Shown here one piece after another: positions 26,375 through 34,738 of a stretch of DNA of 46,595 nt. Position 1 is the stretch's first letter. Each line of letters opens with the position of its first letter. The DNA is taken from positions 1 through 46,595 of IMG/VR virus record IMGVR_UViG_3300028897_000328. The stretch is one strand, 5' to 3'. The stretch is from a virus (taxonomy: Duplodnaviria > Caudoviricetes). The position numbers and the translations under genes are program-made. A model generated the notes under the pieces. That model was given only the letters and a program-made list of their open reading frames with translations, was not told the DNA's origin and made no database searches.

Positions 26375-28144
26375 TTATCCTTTCGCTTGCCCCCAATTTT
26401 GAACGATTTTAATATCGGCTTCGAGGGGACAATCTAAATGAATTGGTTCTCCTTCCCAACAAGGACGTTCAAGAGCTTGTCGGATATATGGAACTAAAAG
26501 ACGTTCTTCCTCATCATTTGGACAATCAAAAACAAGCTCATCATGGACTTGCATAACCATTTTAGTTTCAAAGCCCATTCGTTTGATATGATCATAGATC
26601 ATTACCATTGATAATTTTAATAGATCTGCCGCAGATCCTTGAATAGGATAGTTTACTCCCGTTGTGCCTTCATATTTATCTTTACCAATGTAAAGTTTTC
26701 TTCCTAAAATTGTTTGCACATATCCTTGGTTACGGGCCAAGTCAATTTGTTTATCCTTCCATTCAGTAATATGGACGTAAGTATCGTCCTGTTTTTCTAA
26801 AAGTTCTTGAGCAAACACCTCCGATTGGTCAATATCTTGGGCCAATTTTTCGTAGCCAACATTGTAAAGCATGGCAAAATTTAAAGTCTTTCCGTGATGC
26901 CTAGCGTCTGGACCTGTAAGTCCTAATTCGTCGGCCTTAATTTGGTGATAGTCTATCTTGGTTTTAGTTCGCTTCGCAGTTTTAAAAGCCGCTAACATTA
27001 AAGGTTCTTGACTCAATTGAGCCATTAGCCGTACTTCAAATTGGGATTGATCAGCTACAATCAATCGTCCTTTTGGAAATCTGGATATAAACGATTCTCG
27101 AATCATTCTGCCTGTTTTGGTAAGGACAGGCATATTTTGGAGATTAGGTTCGGAACTTGAAAAACGTCCTGTAACCGTCCCTATTTGATTATAACGACCA
27201 TGTAAAATTCCATTCTCATCAAGCATTGTAGGGATCTTTTGAATATAAGTGCTAAGAAGTTTTGAGTGTTCTTTGAATTGTTGTATATAAGGAATAACTG
27301 GATGATCGTTTTTTAATGCCACTAAACATTCTTTATCTGTACTCGGTTGCGGGTTTGTTCCTTTGGTAAGTCCAACAATCGGTAGGCCCAGGTCTTCAAA
27401 TAAGGCCTTATTTAATTGTTTAGGACTCGCGGGATTTAAGTGTGGTCCGAGATAGCCAGCGATTCCGTCCAAGGCTTCCTGAATATTTTTCTGACAAATT
27501 TTTTCAGCCTTCTTCAAAACTTGGGGGTTAATTTTATTTCCTGTTTCAACCATATCGGTAAGGATCTCGCTGATCCGCATTTCTAATTTAAAAAGTTTCC
27601 AATCGTTAGGATCTTCTTTAAGTTTGTTCTCTAATATTGGACGAAGACGAAAGGTACTCCGTGAATCATCACAAGCGTAATTTAAAACCGTTTGGATATC
27701 AAGCTTTTCTATTTTTCTGTCTGCGATCTTTCGGACCCCAGGAAATAAATCCTTAAACTCAGTTAGGTTCTCACCCAATTCTTTCTTAGCTAGGTCTTTT
27801 AATGTAAACCACTCTGAGGGATTAAGTATATATGCGGCTAATTGACAGTCAAATTCAACTTGATGTAGCCGATAACCTTTTTTACGAAGCATTAAATCAT
27901 CAAATTGTGCATTAAATAAAATCTTTTTTGAGACAAGAGAACTTACCAATTGGGTGATCTCTGGAGAAAAATCCTCTAGCTTAAGAAGGTAGCCATTGTC
28001 TTCGCTGGTACTAAACGATAAATACAGAGGATTAGATTGTGGGTACTCTAAACCCGTTGTTTCCGTATCAATTGAAACCCATTCGACTCCCTTCAGAAGC
28101 TCAGAAAGATCCGAAGGGTAGACTATTTCATACTTTTTATTCAT
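26375..28144 (-). CDS. polA: DNA polymerase, family A, with 3'-5' exonuclease domain
   Basis: DTETTGL, FNAQFD, YACDD; TGRFSSSEPNLQN; motif A ADQSQFEVR; motif B RHHGKTLNFAMLY; motif C QVHDELVF. Confidence 0.95.
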   Translation of the reverse strand: MNKKYEIVYPSDLSELLKGVEWVSIDTETTGLEYPQSNPLYLSFSTSEDNGYLLKLEDFSPEITQLVSSLVSKKILFNAQFDDLMLRKKGYRLHQVEFDCQLAAYILNPSEWFTLKDLAKKELGENLTEFKDLFPGVRKIADRKIEKLDIQTVLNYACDDSRSTFRLRPILENKLKEDPNDWKLFKLEMRISEILTDMVETGNKINPQVLKKAEKICQKNIQEALDGIAGYLGPHLNPASPKQLNKALFEDLGLPIVGLTKGTNPQPSTDKECLVALKNDHPVIPYIQQFKEHSKLLSTYIQKIPTMLDENGILHGRYNQIGTVTGRFSSSEPNLQNMPVLTKTGRMIRESFISRFPKGRLIVADQSQFEVRLMAQLSQEPLMLAAFKTAKRTKTKIDYHQIKADELGLTGPDARHHGKTLNFAMLYNVGYEKLAQDIDQSEVFAQELLEKQDDTYVHITEWKDKQIDLARNQGYVQTILGRKLYIGKDKYEGTTGVNYPIQGSAADLLKLSMVMIYDHIKRMGFETKMVMQVHDELVFDCPNDEEERLLVPYIRQALERPCWEGEPIHLDCPLEADIKIVQNWGQAKG

Positions 28145-28322
28145 CTATGTACCTCACGCTAATGGTTCCAAATCTTAAAGTGGCCCATTTTGTTAATTGC
28201 TCAAATTGTTGACCAACGAAGTTACGAAGTATGGGGGCCGTTTTCGTGATCGTGCCCTGCTTATTGACGGTAACAAGACAGGTAAATTTTTTATTAGAAA
28301 TCCAAAAGTTATCTTGTTTCAT
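28137..28322 (-). CDS. Conserved-looking phage hypothetical protein
   Basis: WISNKKFTCLV...TAPILRNFVGQ; likely start MKQDNFW. Confidence 0.55.
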   Translation of the reverse strand: MKQDNFWISNKKFTCLVTVNKQGTITKTAPILRNFVGQQFEQLTKWATLRFGTISVRYIDE

Positions 28323-28866
28323 GGTATATTTTAAATCCCTCCATTTTGGTTTTGTAATAGATTTGGAAACCATCCATTATTCTCCGTAATCTTTTTTTAA
28401 TGCCCTGGCGCGTGATCGAAAAGTAACGTGCCATCATCGTTTGGGTATGTTTAACTTTATACATATCAATAAGTTTTTGATCTTCTATGGAAAGTTTATC
28501 AAAATATTCTTGCCAGCATCCCATAATCTTATCCCATTTCTTTTGATCATTAACTTCTTTTAACATAGCCAAAAGCTGAGGATTATATTTTGAGGAGTTT
28601 TGTCTGTATTCGTTTCGATAAACTCTCTCTAAAGCTTTTCGATCCCGTTGTTCCTGGTAATCCTTTTTCTTGATTTGCCTTGCACGTTTTTCTATAATTT
28701 CCTTGGCCTCATCATAAGAAGGAGGCCGAGTTGCTGTGTGGTTATTATATAAAGCTACCCACAATTCCTGGATCATGTCTTCTAAGGTAACAGTCACAAA
28801 AGATCTTCGATGAAATCGAATAGCCGTTTGCCAAATCAACTTTTCATATTGTTTTAAGTCTTGCAT
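28309..28866 (-). CDS. Sigma-70/ECF-like factor
   Basis: Region-2-like LEDMIQELWVAL; region-4-like LSIEDQKLI...TQTMMARYFSITRQGIKKRL. Confidence 0.65.
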   Translation of the reverse strand: MQDLKQYEKLIWQTAIRFHRRSFVTVTLEDMIQELWVALYNNHTATRPPSYDEAKEIIEKRARQIKKKDYQEQRDRKALERVYRNEYRQNSSKYNPQLLAMLKEVNDQKKWDKIMGCWQEYFDKLSIEDQKLIDMYKVKHTQTMMARYFSITRQGIKKRLRRIMDGFQIYYKTKMEGFKIYHETR

Positions 28867-29108
28867 TTTGTAAACTCCTTTATTAATTTTTCAAAACGGG
28901 CCGCCATGATTCTTTTTAGCCCCTCAAATATTAAGCACCAGCCGATCATCTCATTATTCCTGGCAATACGATGCTGGACCTGACTGATAATATAATGCTC
29001 TCCTTTGGTAATCTTGGCAATCAAATCCCCTTGAGCCCTGGGATGCTTCTCGGACTTGTAGATAACATGATGGTCCAGGTACGTTCTAGGTTTCTTCAGT
29101 TTTGCCAT
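28854..29108 (-). CDS. Small HNH-like protein (degenerate)
   Basis: DHHVIY...ITKGEH spacing; GGAG RBS. Confidence 0.4.
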   Translation of the reverse strand: MAKLKKPRTYLDHHVIYKSEKHPRAQGDLIAKITKGEHYIISQVQHRIARNNEMIGWCLIFEGLKRIMAARFEKLIKEFTKCKT

Positions 29109-30888
29109 TGTCAGGTTCCATTTCTTCGACAGATTTATCAGTTTTTTGTTTCCTTGTTTGCTTCAATGGTTTCTCATAGTATCGTTGACTATTCGTATCA
29201 AAATAAAAATGGCAGGTCGCGCTCTGTTTAGTGAGCTTAGCACAATCATCACGGATTTTATTCCAAATAGCTTCGACATGGTTTACACCCCGTACTTCCT
29301 GGGCCCCATTCCTCCAAAGAACAATAATATTATCAAAATCTTGTTTCATTGTCGGGGAACCACGAAGCAAGCTCATTCCATTTTTGCGGATCTCATCATC
29401 TGATTCGGTTGTTCTTGGATGAACTACCGTAAGAATATGGGTTTCCGTTCTCTTGCACAAGGTTTCGATTAGCTTGGTAAACTCACACAAAGAATCATAC
29501 TCTTTTTTGGATCGGTCCATAAAAAAATGGAGATGGTCCAGCAAAACAAATTTAACATGATAAAGCTTAGAAGTCATCTCAACGGCATCCTCAATTTGGC
29601 TTGGCGTAATAGACCCATACACATCAATGAAAAAAAGATTCCTGCTTAATAACCACTCTCTTGCCTTCTTGTATTCGTCAGGGGTAACTTGTTTTTTATC
29701 ATAGAAATCTTTGCCTAAATAAATTGAGATAAGCTTGGCCAAAACTTTTTTAGTCGTAATCTCTGAAGAGGCTATCAACACGCCATCATCTGCATTGAGT
29801 CTTTCCACCACGATATTTAAGCTAAAGGTACTTTTCCCTGACGTTGTTTCTCCTGTAATAATAGTAGACTCACAATCACGCCAACCTACCAAGGTATTTT
29901 GAAATTGTTTAAATCCTGGGGTCCGACCTTTGGCCGTTTCAACCTGATCATATAAATTATCGGCTAAATGGATAACCTTATCTATAGCAACGGTTTCATC
30001 GTCAGCATAATTCTTGGCTTCTTTGATACACTTTTGAATTTCTTTTGCCGATACGCCAGCCATCAAACATTCGTTAAGATCTTTTAATGGGAGGTAGACA
30101 CGGTAGCATCGGTATTTTCCCAGCTTTTTTGCTAATTCAAAAGCTCCCTTGTCTCCCGCGTCATCGTTGTCCCCGATTAGATAAATTTTTTGGAAACCGT
30201 CAAGCTCCTCTACCCAAGGCCCAAATCCTAATGCCCCTGACGGGACCGAGACTACGTTTTTCATTTTATATCGACGGGCCGCACCTCTATCATACTCTCC
30301 TTCAACTACAAATATATAGGGAACGGACGGATCTATTAAATTCCCTCCGTATAAATGTGCTGTACTCCCAGGTTCTTGTTCAATATAATAGTCAACTCCT
30401 TTACCGTTGTCTTTTTCATATTTTTCAATACTTTTATATTTGATTCCCGTTAATCTTTTTTGAAAAAAGGTAGGAAAGACGATACAGGGAACCTCTTTTC
30501 CATAGCGTTCTCGGACCGTATAACCAAGCTGTTCTTCTTTGATAAGTTCATCGTTATAACCCCGTGAATTGAGGTATTCCAAGGCCTTTTTATTTTCCAG
30601 CAAAGCCTTATGATAAGCCTCGGCCATTGAAATATCGAAAATCCGACCGATCCCACCTTCCTTCTTTATGTACTTAAGATCTCCCATTAATCGCTTAAGC
30701 TTAAGAAGATGTCCACGTTTACCACACTTCATACAAGTGTAGACTTCATTATTAAAGTAGATATAAAAATGATGACCACCATTACTGTCCTCACAATCCT
30801 CAAAAGGACAGGCAAGCTGGACACAATTATTTCGTTCTTTGAAATCCCACCTCTTATGCTTGCAGTATTGAATTATTTTGGCTTTCAT
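29086..30888 (-). CDS. Bifunctional primase-helicase (T7 gp4/Twinkle-like)
   Basis: N-terminal Cys zinc domain; TOPRIM VVEGEYD, GDNDDAG, KDLNE; Walker A GETTSGKS, LDHLH, VVHPR. Confidence 0.92.
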   Translation of the reverse strand: MKAKIIQYCKHKRWDFKERNNCVQLACPFEDCEDSNGGHHFYIYFNNEVYTCMKCGKRGHLLKLKRLMGDLKYIKKEGGIGRIFDISMAEAYHKALLENKKALEYLNSRGYNDELIKEEQLGYTVRERYGKEVPCIVFPTFFQKRLTGIKYKSIEKYEKDNGKGVDYYIEQEPGSTAHLYGGNLIDPSVPYIFVVEGEYDRGAARRYKMKNVVSVPSGALGFGPWVEELDGFQKIYLIGDNDDAGDKGAFELAKKLGKYRCYRVYLPLKDLNECLMAGVSAKEIQKCIKEAKNYADDETVAIDKVIHLADNLYDQVETAKGRTPGFKQFQNTLVGWRDCESTIITGETTSGKSTFSLNIVVERLNADDGVLIASSEITTKKVLAKLISIYLGKDFYDKKQVTPDEYKKAREWLLSRNLFFIDVYGSITPSQIEDAVEMTSKLYHVKFVLLDHLHFFMDRSKKEYDSLCEFTKLIETLCKRTETHILTVVHPRTTESDDEIRKNGMSLLRGSPTMKQDFDNIIVLWRNGAQEVRGVNHVEAIWNKIRDDCAKLTKQSATCHFYFDTNSQRYYEKPLKQTRKQKTDKSVEEMEPDNGKTEET

Positions 30889-31172
30889 TTGTCTCTCTTT
30901 AGTGTGTTAAAACATTCAACACAATATTTGACCTGATAAAGACAATCATTCAAGGCATTATGGTCTTTGGGTTTATCAGGTTTATTATATGGAAGTTTTG
31001 ACAGATCGACCAAGGTTCGGATATCTCGAATATAACGATAGTGGAATGGCAATCGTTGTCCTAATACCCGATAAGCATTTGCTAAAATAGGGATATCAAA
31101 ATCCGCATGGTCAGCCATCCGGTCACTCCATCCATCGCAATCGCACAACTCCCAACACTTGCATTTATTCAT
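30885..31172 (-). pseudogene. N-terminally truncated 3'-5' exoribonuclease-like gene (DUF5051/Rv2179c-like)
   Basis: Keeps ADFDIPIL, RDIRTL, HNALNDCLYQ but lacks the N-terminal DxE half. Confidence 0.6.
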
Positions 31173-31363
31173 CTTCCGTCCTCATCCGTTCCAGCATCAT
31201 TCACCCATTCGTCTATAAGTCCTATAAATGTTCCTTCGTGAAATAGTTGTCGTTTTCGACACCAAAAACATTGTCGGTATTTACTAAAGCGACCATGATC
31301 TTCATAAATCCATTTGTGAAATCCAATTAGACATCTAAGCATCGTTGGTTTCTTCTTCATCAT
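31169..31363 (-). CDS. Small C/H zinc-finger protein (DUF1660-like)
   Basis: LRCLIGFHKW...RQCFWC. Confidence 0.6.
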   Translation of the reverse strand: MMKKKPTMLRCLIGFHKWIYEDHGRFSKYRQCFWCRKRQLFHEGTFIGLIDEWVNDAGTDEDGR

Positions 31364-31635
31364 TCACCCTTGGTGGGGGAGTTAACAGGTTCATAGGTCT
31401 GTTCAAAGATGTCTGGTTTACAAGGGTAAAACTCACCCTTTACGCCTTTGATAATCCAATCACCAGGCAACACCGCCATTTCGCCTTCGAGAGTTTTAAT
31501 CCTGAGTTCTGTATACGCAACAGCAACAGCATCAGCACTCCAAGAAGCGATTTCTCTTGCTCGTCTTAAAGTGCCATCCCATAATTCTGCCTCAATCACA
31601 ACTGGTTTCTTTCTGAAGTATCCCATTACTCCCAT
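31360..31635 (-). CDS. Widespread phage protein (PGDYG-like)
   Basis: FRKKPVVIEA...TLEG...PGDWIIKGVKGEFYPCKPDIFEQTYE. Confidence 0.8.
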   Translation of the reverse strand: MGVMGYFRKKPVVIEAELWDGTLRRAREIASWSADAVAVAYTELRIKTLEGEMAVLPGDWIIKGVKGEFYPCKPDIFEQTYEPVNSPTKGE

Positions 31636-31914
31636 CCTCTCTCTACCCCTTGGTGGGGGAGTTGGGCATCTCTGGAAATGCCCCATTCATTGAATCTTGA
31701 AATGTTATCTCTGTTTCGGGAAATGCTCCCATATCCGACCATCTTATTCTTGGTGTTAACCATATTCGCTTACCGTTTTTAAACTTAAGAATAACTGTTC
31801 CGCTATGTGAATGATCTGTTCCATCGAAATCATCTTTCTTTAGACCATACCGATTCAATATCTCTGGTTCATATTGGTTTGTTCCTTCATCCATCACTCC
31901 CATCCTCTCTACCC
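31367..31914 (-). repeat. Gene-boundary repeats flanking two unrelated genes
   Basis: Exact 17-mer CCCTTGGTGGGGGAGTT at 31367-31383 and 31647-31663; near-identical CCAT(T/C)ACTCCCATCCTCTCT(CT)ACCC at 31623-31648 and 31891-31914. Confidence 0.85.
31643..31903 (-). CDS. Hypothetical protein
   Basis: Starts MGVM and ends NSPTKG, like its downstream neighbour. Confidence 0.6.
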   Translation of the reverse strand: MGVMDEGTNQYEPEILNRYGLKKDDFDGTDHSHSGTVILKFKNGKRIWLTPRIRWSDMGAFPETEITFQDSMNGAFPEMPNSPTKG

Positions 31915-31957
31915 GAAGGTGTGGTGTCCGTCACGGCTCCTTTATAGCTTTAAAGTG

Positions 31958-32081
31958 ATATTAGGGAGTGGCAACCGAGTAGTTGCAATCTTGTGGTCGA
32001 TGTACCTATCATCTTCCCGTAGGTCGATGCAGATTGACATAGGATAGTCAACGACACTCTTATCGCTACACTCCCCAATAT
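31958..32081 (-). ncRNA. Candidate structured RNA with tRNA-like ends
   Basis: 13-bp closing stem with one G-U pair on the minus strand, plus internal hairpins; intergenic, downstream of SSB. Confidence 0.45.
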
Positions 32082-32105
32082 TCAAAGAACTATTACAGAG
32101 CCAGC

Positions 32106-32705
32106 TTATCGCTGACTGTCAAAATAATTCTCTTTCCCTAAAGCAATAAAAATAGTAGCGAAAAATGCTTGTTTCGCTTGCGGATCTTTGGCAATATCTT
32201 CAGGGCAAACTTCATCGGTGATCTCAACTGCTTTAGACGCTAAATCCTGGACCAAGGTAGCCGCATCTTCCGAAACACCTTCGGCCTTTTCGACCTTTTG
32301 CTTTTTCGCGGATTTCTTTTTTGGTTTTTCCTCTTCCTCCCCCTCAGGCTCTCCTTCGGATTCCTCCTCAGGTTCTCCAACCTCAGGTTCCGCAGGATTT
32401 TCCTCTTCATTCTCATCACTACTTGTCTTACCACCGAGAACCTCGACCTCAGTTTTACTGGTCGATGAGTATTGAGGAGTGTTTTTGTATTTTCCTTTAA
32501 AGCTCACACTTGTAATTAATACCTTGTTACCTGACTCACAACCTGGATCTTGGTCCCAAAAAGAGACTCGGACTTTTACTCCGTTTTCCAATTTAAGGTT
32601 AACGTCTGTAACCTCACAAGTCCCCCCTCTTCCATTAACCTGGCGGGGGTCATAAACCTCAACTACTTTTCCTCGAAGTTTAAACAGTTTTACACTTTTT
32701 GCCAT
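32106..32705 (-). CDS. ssb: Single-stranded DNA-binding protein (OB fold)
   Basis: LRGKVVEVYDPR...VRVSFWD...KVLITSV OB pattern; acidic linker; replication-module position. Confidence 0.7.
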   Translation of the reverse strand: MAKSVKLFKLRGKVVEVYDPRQVNGRGGTCEVTDVNLKLENGVKVRVSFWDQDPGCESGNKVLITSVSFKGKYKNTPQYSSTSKTEVEVLGGKTSSDENEEENPAEPEVGEPEEESEGEPEGEEEEKPKKKSAKKQKVEKAEGVSEDAATLVQDLASKAVEITDEVCPEDIAKDPQAKQAFFATIFIALGKENYFDSQR

Positions 32706-33139
32706 TATTTTCCTCCTGTTTGTATTGGCGGCCTTCTTCGATAATGCTGGGACTCAATAAAATCAATAACCTCGCTAGCCCCCTTGTCGGTATCAATTCT
32801 TCGGGCATATGAAAGAATATTTCGGACAAAGGTAAAAACCTCCTCTATTCCGACTCGCTCACCGATCAAAGTTAATCGCTTATCATGGGAAAGTTCTGGA
32901 TCATTCACCATGTTTTGAAGATCTCGAAGCCTTTTCCGATACCTAGAGGCCAGGTACATAAAACCTTTCCAACCCTCTTTTCCTGCTTCGGACGTTGGAA
33001 GAAGAGGTGATAAGCCTTTAACGCTGGCCCGAACATCATCCAAAATCATCTTTCGTAATTCTTCTTTTCGTTTTTTTAGATTTTCCTCATGTATTTGCTT
33101 GTGTTCGGTTGTCAATTTTCTCTGAAACGGATTGCTCAC
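32705..33139 (-). CDS. Hypothetical helical protein
   Basis: GGAGG RBS before GTG 33139. Confidence 0.6.
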   Translation of the reverse strand: MSNPFQRKLTTEHKQIHEENLKKRKEELRKMILDDVRASVKGLSPLLPTSEAGKEGWKGFMYLASRYRKRLRDLQNMVNDPELSHDKRLTLIGERVGIEEVFTFVRNILSYARRIDTDKGASEVIDFIESQHYRRRPPIQTGGK

Positions 33140-33479
33140 TTGGTCCTCCTTCCTGCTTAGAAGCATCAATTACCTTAATTGCGGTAAATCGAAACTTGCC
33201 TGGTCCAAGCTTTTTATAATACCCGATTTTAATTCTTCCACTTTGAGCCCGAATAATTGGCTCATACCCTTCGGGGTATTTTCCCTTCGTGGAATAATCG
33301 GATAAGGCAAGTGTCATATTGTTAATACATTCGGGGTGAAGTGATTGATTAATACGGAAGCCCAGGACCTTAATTACAAAGGTCCCTTTTGTAATGGGGA
33401 AGCCGCAAATCTTACACCTTGCCCGACCTGTGGACGCAATTTGCGCCTCAAATCTAATTAGATTTTCTGGTATCGGCAT
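33087..33479 (-). CDS. PARP-type zinc-finger protein
   Basis: FEAQIASTGRARCKICGFPITKG...HPEC matches the zf-PARP C-x2-C...H-x2-C pattern. Confidence 0.7.
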   Translation of the reverse strand: MPIPENLIRFEAQIASTGRARCKICGFPITKGTFVIKVLGFRINQSLHPECINNMTLALSDYSTKGKYPEGYEPIIRAQSGRIKIGYYKKLGPGKFRFTAIKVIDASKQEGGPSEQSVSEKIDNRTQANT

Positions 33480-33735
33480 TTGTATTCCCCTCCAATGTCA
33501 TGTAGTGTTTATTTAAAAGATTTATCATGTCTTCCTCCTCTAACCCCTGGGCCCCAGCGTAGGCCAGGTAAATCCCTGGAAGATCCTCTACCAAAAGTGT
33601 ATAAACTATTACGGGCTCTTTTGAGGATGGTTCCCGCCATCCATTAATAAGGCGGTAGTCGGCTTGTGGATACTCAGGATTCCAAACTTTAACCCATGTA
33701 TTGTGGGGCAATTCTGTAATAGGTGTTTGACTCAT
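33454..33735 (-). CDS. Hypothetical protein
   Basis: AAGGAG RBS before ATG 33735. Confidence 0.55.
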   Translation of the reverse strand: MSQTPITELPHNTWVKVWNPEYPQADYRLINGWREPSSKEPVIVYTLLVEDLPGIYLAYAGAQGLEEEDMINLLNKHYMTLEGNTNADTRKSN

Positions 33736-33745
33736 TTTTATCTCC

Positions 33746-34738
33746 TTATTCTGTCGGGCATCCATCATCCCCGACCTCATCACAATCGGTTTCATTAGCT
33801 TGTTCAACCTCGGCCTGTTTAACATAGTTCTCCAAATAATAGGGACATGAGTGATTGACGGGACAGAATTCTTTGCACCGATGATCATTCTCCCAGCGTT
33901 CATGGTCATTACAAGGAATATCCCAATAATCTTGGGCCAAAGCTTTCCTTAAAGCCTTTCGTTTACGGTCAAAATATTGTTTTGTTTCCTTGTCCGAATA
34001 AATAGGAACTTCAACTACAACCCCTTTCCGTGAAATCCCTCTTTGAAGGCATGAAATACAACCCCCATCCCGTATGACTATTTCGACCCGAAGCCGATGA
34101 ACTTTAAACTTCGGGTCCTTTTTCTTAAAGTGTTTCTCAACACCTATACGGTAGTTATTAAGCTGATAGGCCCAATCCTTAACATCGGCTCTGACAGGAT
34201 CAAGTTTCCAAACTTTTTTGGTCCTGGCCTCTCCTTTTTTCCCGCCTTTACAATTTGATTTGAAGGTGACAGGGTTTCCCTTATCATCTAACATAGGGAC
34301 TTCTTCCTGGTACATTCCTAAGGCCTTGACCACTTGATAGCTTCCAGAAAATTTATAATCCCATAATGTAGTGATTCCACATTCCGTTTCCAGACAATCA
34401 GGACGAATCGTATTTTCCGTATCGTCATACTTACCTTCGGCCTTTGAAATGCTGTCTCCCATTCGTTCCAATTCTTTATGCTGACGGGTTCCTTGGACCA
34501 TGAAAATCATTTTGTCTGGAGATTCGGCGTAATCAATTTTATTCAGGAGAAAAGCTTGAAGAGTCCCCAGGAGAAGCCTGGTAGTTCCTATTTTCTTAGG
34601 ATTTATCGGATAGCGGCGATACATCATTTTAAGGGTAGGGCGGGAAAAGCACCGTTCCTTCATCCTACACCCACCTTCTTTTAAGCAAGCCTCACATTCG
34701 ATCTTTTCGTTGTCAGGACAAATAAACCATTTAATCAT
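33746..34738 (-). CDS. Cas4-like PD-(D/E)XK exonuclease
   Basis: GT..H, RPD, WDYK, QLNNY; Cys clusters at both ends (C..ERW...RCKEFCPVNHSC). Confidence 0.8.
   Translation of the reverse strand: MIKWFICPDNEKIECEACLKEGGCRMKERCFSRPTLKMMYRRYPINPKKIGTTRLLLGTLQAFLLNKIDYAESPDKMIFMVQGTRQHKELERMGDSISKAEGKYDDTENTIRPDCLETECGITTLWDYKFSGSYQVVKALGMYQEEVPMLDDKGNPVTFKSNCKGGKKGEARTKKVWKLDPVRADVKDWAYQLNNYRIGVEKHFKKKDPKFKVHRLRVEIVIRDGGCISCLQRGISRKGVVVEVPIYSDKETKQYFDRKRKALRKALAQDYWDIPCNDHERWENDHRCKEFCPVNHSCPYYLENYVKQAEVEQANETDCDEVGDDGCPTE

Noticed and set aside
22962-28144. 2-aminoadenine (Z) genome pathway
   Set aside because: No PurZ-like synthetase was seen; a DUF5664-like gene alone is insufficient.
31958-32081. 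Canonical tRNA gene
   Set aside because: No TTC T-loop, no clear anticodon arm, too long; kept only as a tRNA-like candidate.
33746-34738. CRISPR-Cas system
   Set aside because: Stand-alone Cas4-like nuclease; no other cas genes or array.
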